Assembly (NCBI GenBank): GCA_051294375.1
Contig: CM119265.1
Location: 18,192,764-18,256,763 of the forward strand
Direction: 5' to 3'
From: Paraspadella gotoi
Taxonomy: Eukaryota; Animalia; Chaetognatha
Length of the DNA: 64,000 bases
Of this stretch, positions 52,498-64,000 are shown piece by piece. The notes under the pieces are model-generated. The model ran no database searches. It was not told where the DNA came from and saw only the letters and a list, made by a program, of their open reading frames with translations. Within the stretch, counting starts at the first letter, position 1, and every line of letters begins with the position of its first letter. The position numbers and the translations under genes are program-made.

Positions 52498-53402
52498 TCA
52501 TATTTCGCAGACAAACCAATGGGTATCGCTGCAATCGGTGGCGAACAAGGCGCGGCCTTTCTGGCTCTCCCCAAAGCGGCTGAGACAGTCGAGCCCCTCG
52601 TCGGCGGCGGGCTGCGCTGCGGCCCAACCGGGGAAATCGGCGGCGATCCGCTCTCCGGTGTTCCAGCGCCAAACGCCGTCGTCGCCGCGGCGACCGCCGA
52701 GCCAATCGTTCTGGCAGGGCTTTTTGTAGCCTGAGGATGAGAAAGACCCGAGAGAAATCACTCTAGATATTTTGGGTAACACTGGTACGTTTACGATTAG
52801 ACATTACAACTCTGTCGCTTCGATAGTATTCGAGTAAGTTCTCCTCACCGTCCTTGACTTTATCGTCGGCGACGGCGTGTTCCATCTCCAGCTCTCGCCT
52901 CACTTTGTTCCAGGATCGAATGTTCGGGAAGGAGGCTGGAATGAGAAAGCGGTAGGTCACAAAAGTTCGCCCGGTCCGACCCGCTCTAATCCGGGCCGCA
53001 CCCAGTTTGCATTAGTCGCGATTCCATTCTCGCGCTAATCCAGACCACGTTCCCTTCGCTCGACTCACCCAGCCTCCCCCCGCGATTCCTGCAGTACTCG
53101 TCCGAGTCTTCGAAGTTGAGCAGTTGACGAACTAATTCGTAGCGGTGCAGCTTCGGGGCGCGTAGGCGGGTCACAGTTCCTTCTCCCCAGTCTAAAAATG
53201 CGAAATGGAGCTCAGGAGGTTGTTCATGATTTAGCTCAGTCTAAGAAGACGTCCGTTATTAATATATACTATATAGTAATAGTACATAGTATATTATAGT
53301 ATAGTTTAGTATAATATAGTTATTCGCAGTTAACTCACAGTGGTCCTTAGTCGCTCCCAAGATTTGTCCGATGAAGAGAAACGTCATCCAAATAGACATC
53401 AT
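52498..53402 (-). CDS. Secreted single-domain C-type lectin (~168 aa, 4 exons)
   Basis: Minus-strand exons 53402-53339 (signal peptide MMSIWMTFLFIGQILG), 53191-53069, 52935-52849, 52730-52498, with phase-1 introns and gtgagt/gtgagg donors. CTLD motifs: F-x-x-S-x-x-YC-x3-GGRLAS, WLGG, W-x-W, W-x3-QP, DC...DC-x4-FVCE. Confidence 0.85.
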
Positions 53403-53587
53403 TTTTTTTTTTTACTTTCTGATGAAATTCGCGATGAAACAAAAAAATTCAAAAATACGAATTAAAAAATAATTCGGTAAAATCGAAAGACCTCCTACGC
53501 AATTTTTTCTCCGATCTTTGTGATTGTTGAATTTCGTTTCTAAGAAACGGAATGCTTTTGCTTTATAGTAATATTATAACAAAGATA

Positions 53588-54397
53588 CAGTAGCATCCGT
53601 CTAGAATTTCTGAGACGGCANNNNNNNNNNNNNNNNNNNNNNNNNNNNNNNNNNNNNNNNNNNNNNNNNNNNNNNNNNNNNNNNNNNNNNNNNNNNNNNN
53701 NNNNNNNNNNNNNNNNNNNNNNNNNNNNNNNNNNNNNNNNNNNNNNNNNNNNNNNNNNNNNNNNNNNNNNNNNNNNNNNNNNNNNNNNNNNNNNNNNNNN
53801 NNNNNNNNNNNNNNNNNNNNNNNNNNNNNNNNNNNNNNNNNNNNNNNNNNNNNNNNNNNNNNNNNNNNNNNNNNNNNNNNNNNNNNNNNNNNNNNNNNNN
53901 NNNNNNNNNNNNNNNNNNNNNNNNNNNNNNNNNNNNNNNNNNNNNNNNNNNNNNNNNNNNNNNNNNNNNNNNNNNNNNNNNNNNNNNNNNNNNNNNNNNN
54001 NNNNNNNNNNNNNNNNNNNNNNNNNNNNNNNNNNNNNNNNNNNNNNNNNNNNNNNNNNNNNNNNNNNNNNNNNNNNNNNNNNNNNNNNNNNNNNNNNNNN
54101 NNNNNNNNNNNNNNNNNNNNNNNNNNNNNNNNNNNNNNNNNNNNNNNNNNNNNNNNNNNNNNNNNNNNNNNNNNNNNNNNNNNNNNNNNNNNNNNNNNNN
54201 NNNNNNNNNNNNNNNNNNNNNNNNNNNNNNNNNNNNNNNNNNNNNNNNNNNNNNNNNNNNNNNNNNNNNNNNNNNNNNNNNNNNNNNNNNNNNNNNNNNN
54301 NNNNNNNNNNNNNNNNNNNNNNNNNNNNNNNNNNNNNNNNNNNNNNNNNNNNNNNNNNNNNNNNTGCCGTCTCAGAAATTCTAGACGGATGCTACTG
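53588..54397. mobile_element. Tc1/mariner-type TIR element (MITE-sized; interior is an N-gap)
   Basis: 33-bp perfect inverted repeats cagtagcatccgtctagaatttctgagacggca (53588-53620 / 54365-54397) beginning CAGT, flanked by TA dinucleotides at 53586-87 and 54398-99. Confidence 0.75.
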
Positions 54398-54407
54398 TAC
54401 CTATAGT

Positions 54408-54520
54408 GCGTGGGATGGTGCGTTCCCCCTCTGATCCAATGGTATTGGCCGAAGGATGGAGGACGTGAGGCGGTGTGCCCTACATCATTACCTATCGTAA
54501 TGATGTAGGGCATTACGGCC
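54408..54520. repeat. Fragment of the 11.5-12.7 kb repeat family with an expanded terminal hairpin
   Basis: gggatggtgcgttccccctctgatccaatggtattggccgaaggatggaggacgtgaggcggtgtg matches ~12647-12713. It is followed by a 16-bp perfect inverted repeat 54476-54491/54497-54512. Confidence 0.75.
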
Positions 54521-54861
54521 ATTGATTGGTTTTGATTTTTAAATACATGAATACTTATTGTCTAATTCTAGTAATTTAATCTTGTCTCTGACGCTAGTGA
54601 CAAATCATAGAGTAATCTCGACTTCGCTGTTTCGAAGGCATTTTTCTCCAACCCTTTCGTGATACTAAGACGATGTTAATCCCTAATTCGTGACGTGAAC
54701 TGGGCGTTCTCCGATTTTTTAGATCCATGAAAAATGCAAAACGTGGAATCGAAGGATTCGGCTATCGGCATCAGTCAAAAACCGCTGTCGTCGACCGTGA
54801 AACGCTAGACCGCTTCCTTGTCTTTCCATGCATCATGATCACGTGGGTGTTACGTGACCTT

Positions 54862-54902
<41 letters not shown>

Positions 54903-55047
54903 TTCAAGAGATAGATGATCTCACAGTCGGTGAATTATGCGACGAACCGAAAGAGAGCAAAAGCAAGTTGTTTCCCTTGACGATGGAGAAAGAAAAAAAT
55001 GGGGACAATGGATGAGAATGGAGGATCTGGTGGGTGTCAGGAAGATT

Positions 55048-55113
<66 letters not shown>

Positions 55114-55120
55114 GAGAGAT

Positions 55121-55152
<32 letters not shown>

Positions 55153-55636
55153 AGAGAGAGAAAGGGGGATTGGTGGCATTGTAATTGTACGAGAGGGCGC
55201 GATTTCTTTTGTAGTTTCCCCAAGTTAGGGAATAGGGAGTGTGTGTGAAAACAGAAGCAAAAGAAATTGAAAAATGATGACGATGATGACGATGATGAAG
55301 ATGACGATGATGAAGATGAGTTTCGTGCAAAACGAAAAGAGTCATAGATTTTTCACGATGGCAACATTAATCCACCTGGGCGCCGCCATTTACGTGTTCG
55401 CAGCCTGCGTCGTCGTCGTCGTCGCCTCCATCGTCGTCGTCGTCGTTGTCTCCATCGTCGTCGTCGTCGTTATATCCATCGTCGTCGTCGTCGTCGTCTC
55501 CATCGTCGTCGTCGTCGTCGTCGTCTTCCCTTTTCATCTTTAACGTTGTAAACGATCAAAGAAAAATACCGGCTCTCGAAGAATGGTGACAAGCGTTAAA
55601 TGACAAGAACCCAAAAACGTGATGATAATGACATAC

Positions 55637-55680
<44 letters not shown>

Positions 55681-55869
55681 ATGATTCAATCGATCTCCCA
55701 ACCCATTAGGTCACAACTCCTTTCGTTAAATTAGTTTTTCAAGTTCGCAACTCGACAATTGCGATGCTGAGTACAGACGTGAAAAAAAAAGCCTTAGCCG
55801 AAGTTCTACTCTACGACACTCGGGTGACAAACGACAAAGGTAGTGACTTGTAAAATAAAACAAAAGAAA

Positions 55870-55915
<46 letters not shown>

Positions 55916-56989
55916 ATCTCTCTCTCTCCCCCACCCTCTCTCTCTCTTTCCCTCATATATACACACATAAATTCACTCACACATAAGCTCACAAGAGACT
56001 TAATCAATGTTGTTCTTTTCATCGCGCTCCTTTCAGTCTCTTTGCTTTGAAGAAAATTCTTGCTCCTCTGAGCACCTCCAGCCATTTCTTCTCTTGCTGC
56101 TTTGCCTTCCGGGGTTTTTCTCTTTCTTTTTTTTTTCTTTTTCTTCCTCATTCTTTCCTTTCATACTTAGTCCCTTCTTTTAATTTTTTTTTCCTTTACT
56201 TTCACTTTTTATAGAATATATAGTACAACCAAAGCAAAAATTATCCATATCGATAAATAAGATATTTTGCCCCTGACTTTGGACAGGCTAATAAAATATT
56301 ATTTTTATTTTCTTCATTCTGTCCTCTTCCTTCTCTCTATTTTTCTTCTCTTTTTGATTCCATCTTTTTCTTTTTATCCTTTCTTCTTTTCTTTCTCTCC
56401 TCTTTTATTCTCTTCTTCCGTTATTTCCATTTCTTTTCTTCTCACTTCTTTCCTTTTTCATTTCCATTTCCTACTTTCTTTCTTTTTTTTTTTGTTTCTC
56501 CTTTTAAATCTTTTTTCTTTCCGTAGGCGCACGTCTCTGCCCAAATTAAGTTTCTTTGACCGCAGCTGCGACCGAGTTGAAAAAAAAATTCTAAGCAAAT
56601 CGACAATTCCCCTGTCGCTCGAAAATCTCACCTTGGTAAGGTCGTTCACGTACAGAATGTCTGGGACAAGCTACAACAGCTTTATATTACACTACAAAAA
56701 CCCAACAACGCTGTCATGTCCTGACTACTTAACTAACATACCAACCGGACCGAAACTTACCCTGCAAATTGTCAGTTGACCAAATGTATGTCAGTAGACA
56801 ATTATGTTCAGTCCTAACCAAATTATGTCAGGGTTGACAAATTATTGCAAGTGATTAAATTATTAAGTTTGACAAGTAGCCTTATTACACTCAATATATC
56901 GAGATTGACCTGGAATTTTAGATATCGTGAGTAGGGAAGTGTGTTCGATTTTGAACAGGGGAACCCAAGTTTCGATGGATCTTTCGAGC

Positions 56990-57700
56990 TGGAAATGAGT
57001 TTACATGGGAAAAAAACAAAAAACCTGTTTAATAATTGATTTTGTTCTTTTTTTCTTTATATTTAATGTATTTGCAGGATGTATAGTAAGTCAAATAAGT
57101 TAATCTAGTGTAATTAATCAATTTAGTCAATTAATTAATCAACAGTAGTTAATTATCACGTCAATCAATCCGTTCCATCAGCGGTCCACCTTAGCATAGC
57201 TCCAATTAACTTCGTTGATTGGCCCACTGCTGGTTGGATTGAAATGAATATTTTGTGTGTGGGGTGGAAGGTTGTGATTATAAAAAAGGGCTGGGGGATT
57301 AATTAAAACCAATTTCGAAACAACGGAATCGTGTGAGAGTGGAATGATTTATAGTGGAAAATAAACATATGTCGGCATTTCACTAAATCTTTTTTACTTA
57401 TTTAACAATAAGAGTACTCTCATTAATTCATTAATTGGATGGATACGATTGAGTTTCAAATTTTTTGTCGTGGGGTAGAAAAAATGTGTATCGATGCTTG
57501 ATATAAAGTTTTCGGTGGAAACGTTACGAGTGGAATGAGTTAAAATTGAAAAAAATATGAGTCAATTTACTTTATTTTAACCCATAATAGATTTGAGATG
57601 TAAATTTTGTTGGCGGGTAAGGAAAGTGTGTGAAAAAGCTAGATATAAATTTTTGACGGGAATTGTGCAGTGGAAATGAGTTTAAATGAAAAAAAAAAAA
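56990..57700. repeat. Degenerate AT-rich tandem repeat
   Basis: Recurrent (g)tggaa(a)tga[g/t]tt...gaaaa motif at about 56990, 57340, 57530 and 57670, with similar upstream context. Confidence 0.45.
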
Positions 57701-59141
57701 AAGTTCACATTTATTGAAGCAGAAAAATGATACAGTTTAAAAATTCCTAAAAGCATAAGGATTCGTTCGCAATGCCAAAGATGAGAGAGAGAGGAGAGAG
57801 AGAGAGAGAAGGAGGACGAGCAGAGAGAGACGAAGAGAGAGAGAGGAGAGAGAGAGGACGAGAGCAGTTAAATAATGGCCATAAGGATTCGTCGCAATTT
57901 CAAAAGAGAGAGAGAGAGAGGAGAGAGCGACGAGAAGAGAGAGAGAGGAGAGGAGAGCGAGAGAGGAGAAAGATAGAAAAGATGAGAGGTCGAGATAAAA
58001 TTATGGAATATATAATGATTTTATAAGAAAAAAAAAGTTGCTTATTTAACTCAACTTTCTGAATAAATATATTTACTTACCAATATCTTACAAAATAATA
58101 AACCTTTGATAAATTATTGTATTCCGTTATGATAAACATTGTTTAATCACATGCAAAAATTCTAGTAAGGCCTAATATCTTAGTAAGGCGGGCCAAAAAT
58201 TGAACATTTTTATAACTTTCTAGTTCTCTTTTAAATTTTTTTTTTCTTTACTCAACTTAAATCGACATTCAATTAACTTTTTGAATTAGTTCATTGCTGG
58301 TTGTTGCACTTGAACGCTTTTTAAATATTTATTAAATATATAATATATATAAGTATGTACGGAAATGACTGCAAGTAAAAAAAAATCTGAAAGCATTAAA
58401 GATTCGTTCGCAATTGCAGAAAAGAGAGAGAGAGAGGGAGGGATGGGAGAGAGACGAGAGAGAGAGAGAGAGACAGGATTGAGAGAGAGACTGAGGTGAA
58501 GAGGACGAGAGAGACTGTTGATGAGGAGAGAGAGAAGGAGACTAATAAAATAGGAGAGGTATATTTTGTTTGTTTGATTTAAAATGTAAAAACAAAACAT
58601 ATTTAATAAACTTGTTCCTTAACCCAATTTTAAAGACTCGATGATGATAAGTTGATATTAAATTTAAAATTAATTTATTACTATTAAAATTATTTAATTA
58701 ATTAATTAATTTAATCGATTAATTAATTAATTAATTAATTATCGGGCAGTCCACATTTTGCTCAAATCTGTTAACCAATAAAACGTTTTCCATTCTTTAT
58801 TTTCGGCATAACCGTATTATAATTCTCTCGGGGTCGGCTATGTTCGAAAATGTAAATTGGATATTTCAACCTCCGCCCATTATCCGCCGCTTTTTTTTCG
58901 AAAGCGTCAACGAATGTTTACGAAAACTTTTCTTCTTAAAAAAAAAAAGGAAGACAGGATTAAATTATATCAGGGACGCTGTTTTTTTTTTTTAATGTTT
59001 TTCTTTTGAAAGGGAAGAGTGTGATATTCTCTTCTTTTAAGCTGATTAGAAAATATTATGTCGGGCGATGTCGGTGGAGAACTCCTGTGTCTCTCTGAAT
59101 TCGTCATCAAAAAAAAAATATTTGCTTAATTTGATATATCT

Positions 59142-59172
<31 letters not shown>

Positions 59173-59183
59173 CTCTTCTCTCT

Positions 59184-59215
<32 letters not shown>

Positions 59216-60429
59216 ACTCTCTCTCTCTTGTTTTTTTTCTCCCTCTATCTCTCAGATCCTTTAATGTCTTATTAGCACTGTTGCTACTAATTTATTATTT
59301 TCATTTTTTAGATTTACTTTGAAAAAATAAGGTTAGTCATGTGGCCCACAATTGCAACAGAATTAAAACTTTATAAGGCTGTTTAAAACGTATTTATTTC
59401 AATACGTATTCAAGGTTGAACATTCCATTTGCAGAAAATAACTTTTTTTTAATTATTAATGTCGCATTATTGTAAATTTTCCCTTTTCTGTTTCTTTTTT
59501 ACTTACTATAAACTTGAGCGTTAAAATGATATTTTGCTTTCACGTTGTATTGTTTGTAAATATTCAAGTTTGTTGATCATTTTTAATCCAAGATGTACAT
59601 TAAATATTCTGTTCATTATTCTTGCTTTTCAATTTCAATCAAAATTAAAAAAAAAAATGAAAAAATAAAGACTATCTCCATTGAAGTTCATAAGAGACAG
59701 AACAATCCAAGCCTCCCTTTCCCTCTTTCCTCTCCCTTCTTTCTTTTATTTCTCCATTCTTCCCCGTCGCAATCCAGATCACCTCTCGGTTACATGGTTG
59801 TTTTCTTTCTCATCAGATAAAAAAAAAAAAAATTTGACGATAATAAGGAAAAAACCAAAATTATGATTTTATTTTAATTTTAATTCATTTAATTAACTAT
59901 TAAGTTCCCGAATTTTTTTGTTCAAAGTTATTTTTGAAAATTCCTTATTAAATTTATATATTTGTACTTCATTCGTTCATTCTCGCTTTGAATTCATTTG
60001 TTTGGCATTGATTTTTATATTTAGTATTTATATTTTTTTAAACATCGTTTATAAAGAAAAAACAGACTAAGCTTAAAATAAAAAAAATTGATAGTTACGT
60101 CCTCCAAAAATTTACAAAAAAAGGGAAAAAAACCTATCATATGATATGATATTGATTACAGTAGTTTTATTTCCTGAAAAACAATTTTCTTCCAGTTCGC
60201 AAAGCAACTTTTAGGTTTCTTCTCCTTTCCGCTTCGATCAGATTGCCGAGCGGGCAAAGGAAAAAAAAAAAAAATTCCCCTGTTATTTATGTGATTTAAC
60301 TATAAAAATAATAATTATAAATATATAATATAATAAAATGATAAAATTTTTTGTCCAATTTCGGCGATATTGTTGATTTTACTTATGACGGACGCTCGCT
60401 TAATTAGCCAATCAGAACCACTTTAGTCT

Positions 60430-61151
60430 TCATCGTTGTGACCAATCGCTGCTCTCGTCGCCGTCGTCTCGTTTCATCACCACTTTTCCGCAAATTCGAA
60501 GAGCGCTTCTTGAATGATCCTCCCAGGAGTTCGGAGGCGGGTCGTGATGGACTTCACGCTGGAAATTACATAAAATTACATCGAATTAAACTTACCATCG
60601 TAATTATGTTAGTAGTTCTTTGTTTTACTTTCGTTTCTAACCACTCACGATGATCTTTTTCAAAGCGTTCACCCCCGGAATGCATCAATGAGATGAGCCG
60701 TGGCGTCTGACCGGATGCCTTGTGCGCTTGTGTTTCGGCGTCCGCTTTCCGAAGTTTACGCCGCGAGAGCGCTGCCGCTGACAAAGAGAGAAAACAGAAT
60801 GCAGAGATTTGCGTGACAAGGAATTACAATAAAAGATCACCGCTTACAACTAAACCAAGTCAGAAGGCGGAACCCGTCTTCCGTTTTGTCTCTTGAGTCG
60901 TTGCTGTGAATCTTCACTTCCTGTCTCGAATCGATCCGACTATCGTTGCGCGTCCCGTTTCTCTCCTCTTCATTTACGCGTCCGCGTTTGTTTCCGAATC
61001 TTCCGTTGATCGACCGAGGCTGACATCTGACACGTTGAATCTGTAAATCGAAACACGGCACGATTCCATATTGGCGAGGGAGGCGGTCGAGTGCGGGCGC
61101 CGAGCGGCCTCTGGGAGGTGTGGCCGTCGCGGGCGGCTGGCGGTCGGGGGT
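60430..61151 (-). CDS. 3' exons of an uncharacterised hydrophilic protein gene
   Basis: Three phase-compatible exons 61151-60848, 60777-60596 and 60558-60430 (donors gtaagc and gtaagt; introns of 70 and 37 nt) give an open ~204-aa frame. More exon-like segments with strong donors lie upstream to about 63030, but their frames are broken. No domain recognised. Confidence 0.4.
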
Positions 61152-63679
61152 CTTGGAATAGATAAAACGTTTCGACATTATTAGAAATAATTAAAAACTC
61201 TTTAAAACTCAAAAAAAGGGCAACTTACGATTCTTAATTTAAATCACTCGTCTGACTGCTTTGCTACTACCTACTTCCGTGTTTCAGTGTATTTTAATAT
61301 GATTAATATAATCATAATTAAATATTAATTATTCATATCATTTCATAGGAAACGTAACTATTATTGTGACGGAAGTGTCCTCTTGAGGTCTTCCTCCACG
61401 CGCGCGTCGCCCTCGTCTCTTCTCTTCTTACTGACCTCGCTGACTTTCTTCGACGATTGCTGCTTTTTTCACCGAGGATCGCTTGCGTGGGCTAGTGAGG
61501 GGTTAATGTAATTGTGAGGGTAAGTTACATTATACGTTTTGAGCTACTCACGTACTGAAATAATCTTGGTTTTTTTTTGCTTCTCGTATACCAAGGTTAC
61601 TTCAATCAGACCTTTGAAATTCGCAGTTTCGTAGGAAATATCTTGTATTCGCGCGGTTTAGGTCCTCTGCGCTGCGGTCAATTCATAAAAAAAAAAAAAG
61701 AAACTAAAACTATGAGTGCATATTATCACCAGGAAATATTTCCTCATAGTTTCCGTCCAGCCCCAGATTGGGAGATTAGCCTGCGTAAACGGCAACCATT
61801 AATTAGACAAACATTTGTCACATGGGTTGGCGTCAGAAGTTTGATTTGGGAACCTTTCCAAATGAAACTTCATAACATTTTTGAGAAAGCTTCTCAATGA
61901 CCAAAATTTCTAAATTTGCTTAGAAGCATTAGATAATTATTTTAAATTTATTTATAGATGAAATGTCAAAATTTTTTTAATTTGTATTTAAAACGCAGAT
62001 TCGATAGCTATATAAAAAGTTGTCTACACAAAGTATATTCTTTATTCAAATATTTGATGATAAGTGGGTCAAATTAGGAAAAACTTAAAAATCATCATCA
62101 TCATCATCTGATGATTTAACTATTTTTTACCTATTATTATAATAAAACATCAAATTTTAAAAAAGTGTAATTATATTTTTTGCGTAATAACTTTTTAAGC
62201 TCTATCGATCAATTAAAAAAAACTAAATATAAAAAAAAATTTTGACATTATAATAGCAATATAATAATATTAATTAGGAATTACTTCATTGGTTCGGAAC
62301 ATTTTTGCAAAAAAATATTTTTAATTTACAACAAATATATATAGCATATATGGATTAGTTTAATATGTTCCATAAATTGAATTGAATTTGAATTACCGCT
62401 ACCATAATTATTGATTTTTTTTATATTGTGTTTTATGAGATAGTTCAGTTTGTTCTAAATTTATTTACCTAAAGTTTTGTGCTCCACGATGGATGTCTGT
62501 CGATCCTTTCCTTTTTTCTTCGTCGTTGCCTTCTTAAGTTTTTTTCGCTTCTATTCTTCTCCTGGTTCAGCCTTTGTTTCGCCAACTTTTAAAAACAAAA
62601 TTTTACTTAAAATACATCCTTTAAATTTACGTCAAAATTCAGTTCCCATTTTTTATTAATTTACCTTCTCCTCTTTTTCAATCTTCGCCTTGTTAACGCA
62701 ACAAGCTGATCGCCGACGGGAAGAATGTCATGTTTACGTTTTTGGCTGAGATTGAACGTAAACAATATAAACAAACAATCTGCTTACGGGTTTTAATCAA
62801 TAATATCGATTAAACCTAACTCCACCTCCGACGAACAAAATGTCTGTTCCGAGTAATAATAAAAAAATATATATTTCTTACCTTGCTTATTCGAAATATA
62901 TTTACTGTGGTTGTCTGAAAGGAACTTTCCGGCTTAAATAGCCAATTAAATGTCGTCTAATTGTGGTACCAGCATCGTCGTCGTCTTGAGAAGGGTGGGA
63001 GCTCCGACTCGATTGCTTGACATACTCTCTGATATTTGGTATTTACTCTTTTATTCTTTCGAGAAAAAAAAATAAGTAAAGTTTCAAATTTAGATAATGA
63101 TTCGTGTCGATACTTGCGCGTCAGTTAATTTCTTTCAAGTCTTTGAGAAAAATTATTTCACCACTAGATCATTCAAGCAAAAACCGATCTCTTTTGATGA
63201 TTATCCCTAAAAGGAAGGCCCTCTATTATGAGGAGGAATACAGATTGCCAAATTTTTTTGTTCTGTCTGATATCGAAAGTTTAGTATTTAAGATTAGTAT
63301 TGTCAGATTATGGTTTGGTTCTCTTGACTAAATTTATTTTAGAATTTCCGGTCTTTACCCCTTACTTCGTTTAAATGAAAGAAAATGATGACCTTACACG
63401 AATTAATGGTCTAACTGGTTAACAGACGAATTAAAAATTGCTTCTAGTAACAAAGTAAATACTAATTAAAGAACAATAGTTAAAAGATAACGAATTAGCT
63501 AAGCCTAAGGGTATATCTTAAAAAAAGGCAAACTAGAAACAAACTAAACATCATACACAAAAAAAACTTTTTGCCTACAATTTTTTTCGTCGCCATAGAT
63601 TCCATGACAGAAATTTTTTTTCTCTCTTGTATTCCAAGGCTCTATCACGAATCATTGGGGAATAATTTTTATCTCTCTC

Positions 63680-63722
<43 letters not shown>

Positions 63723-64000
63723 CTCTCTCTTCTCCTCTCTCTCTTCTCTGTATCTGAATGTAGAGAATGTTTATACATTCAATCCATTAATCATTATCTT
63801 CTCATTCTTCTCTCTTTGTTCTGTTATTAATTATATATCCTGTATATTTACTATCCAATCCCCTAAAACTTTAAACATCCAGAATATTCTATGCACAATA
63901 ATCCTAAACACGAATTCTACGGCCTCTCCTCGAAACCACCGCGCATTTTGAGGCAGAACCTTTGTTTGCGCTCTCAGTTCCTCAATCCTCTCGCTGCGTC

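Noticed and set aside
55274-55543. Hydrophobic poly-Val ORF as a membrane protein
   Set aside because: Produced by (GAT)n and (CGT)n repeats.

Overview
This is eukaryotic (metazoan, probably invertebrate) draft genomic DNA. It is AT-rich with CpG-rich exons, dense (AG)n and other microsatellites, N-gaps and signs of indel errors. Most ORFs in the supplied track are microsatellite or gap artefacts. Manual splicing supports five gene models: (1) a 6-exon gene (+, 8477-17871) for signal peptide, Ser-rich linker, single LDL-receptor class A domain, TM and a cytoplasmic tail, with tandem acceptors that could give secreted or membrane forms; (2) an adjacent paralog (+, 19698-21251) sharing an unrecognised W[RK]IANNTGVPPSL...HLVxLHxKxHG tail; (3) an SLC35G/EamA-type transporter (+, 29992-31261); (4) a secreted C-type lectin (-, 53402-52498); (5) a weaker unknown gene (-, about 60.4-63 kb). 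Repeats include a Tc1/mariner-type TIR element, a probable MITE, tRNA-headed SINE-like elements and a 1.9-kb inverted duplication around a gap (probably an assembly artefact). The most unusual element is a ~480-bp tandem array at 11.5-12.7 kb. Its diverged units keep the same hairpins through compensatory changes and carry Pol III A/B-box motifs, and related modules recur at 27, 36.7 and 54.4 kb. It is a candidate uncharacterised structured-RNA (retrozyme/SINE-like) family without a recognisable ribozyme core.
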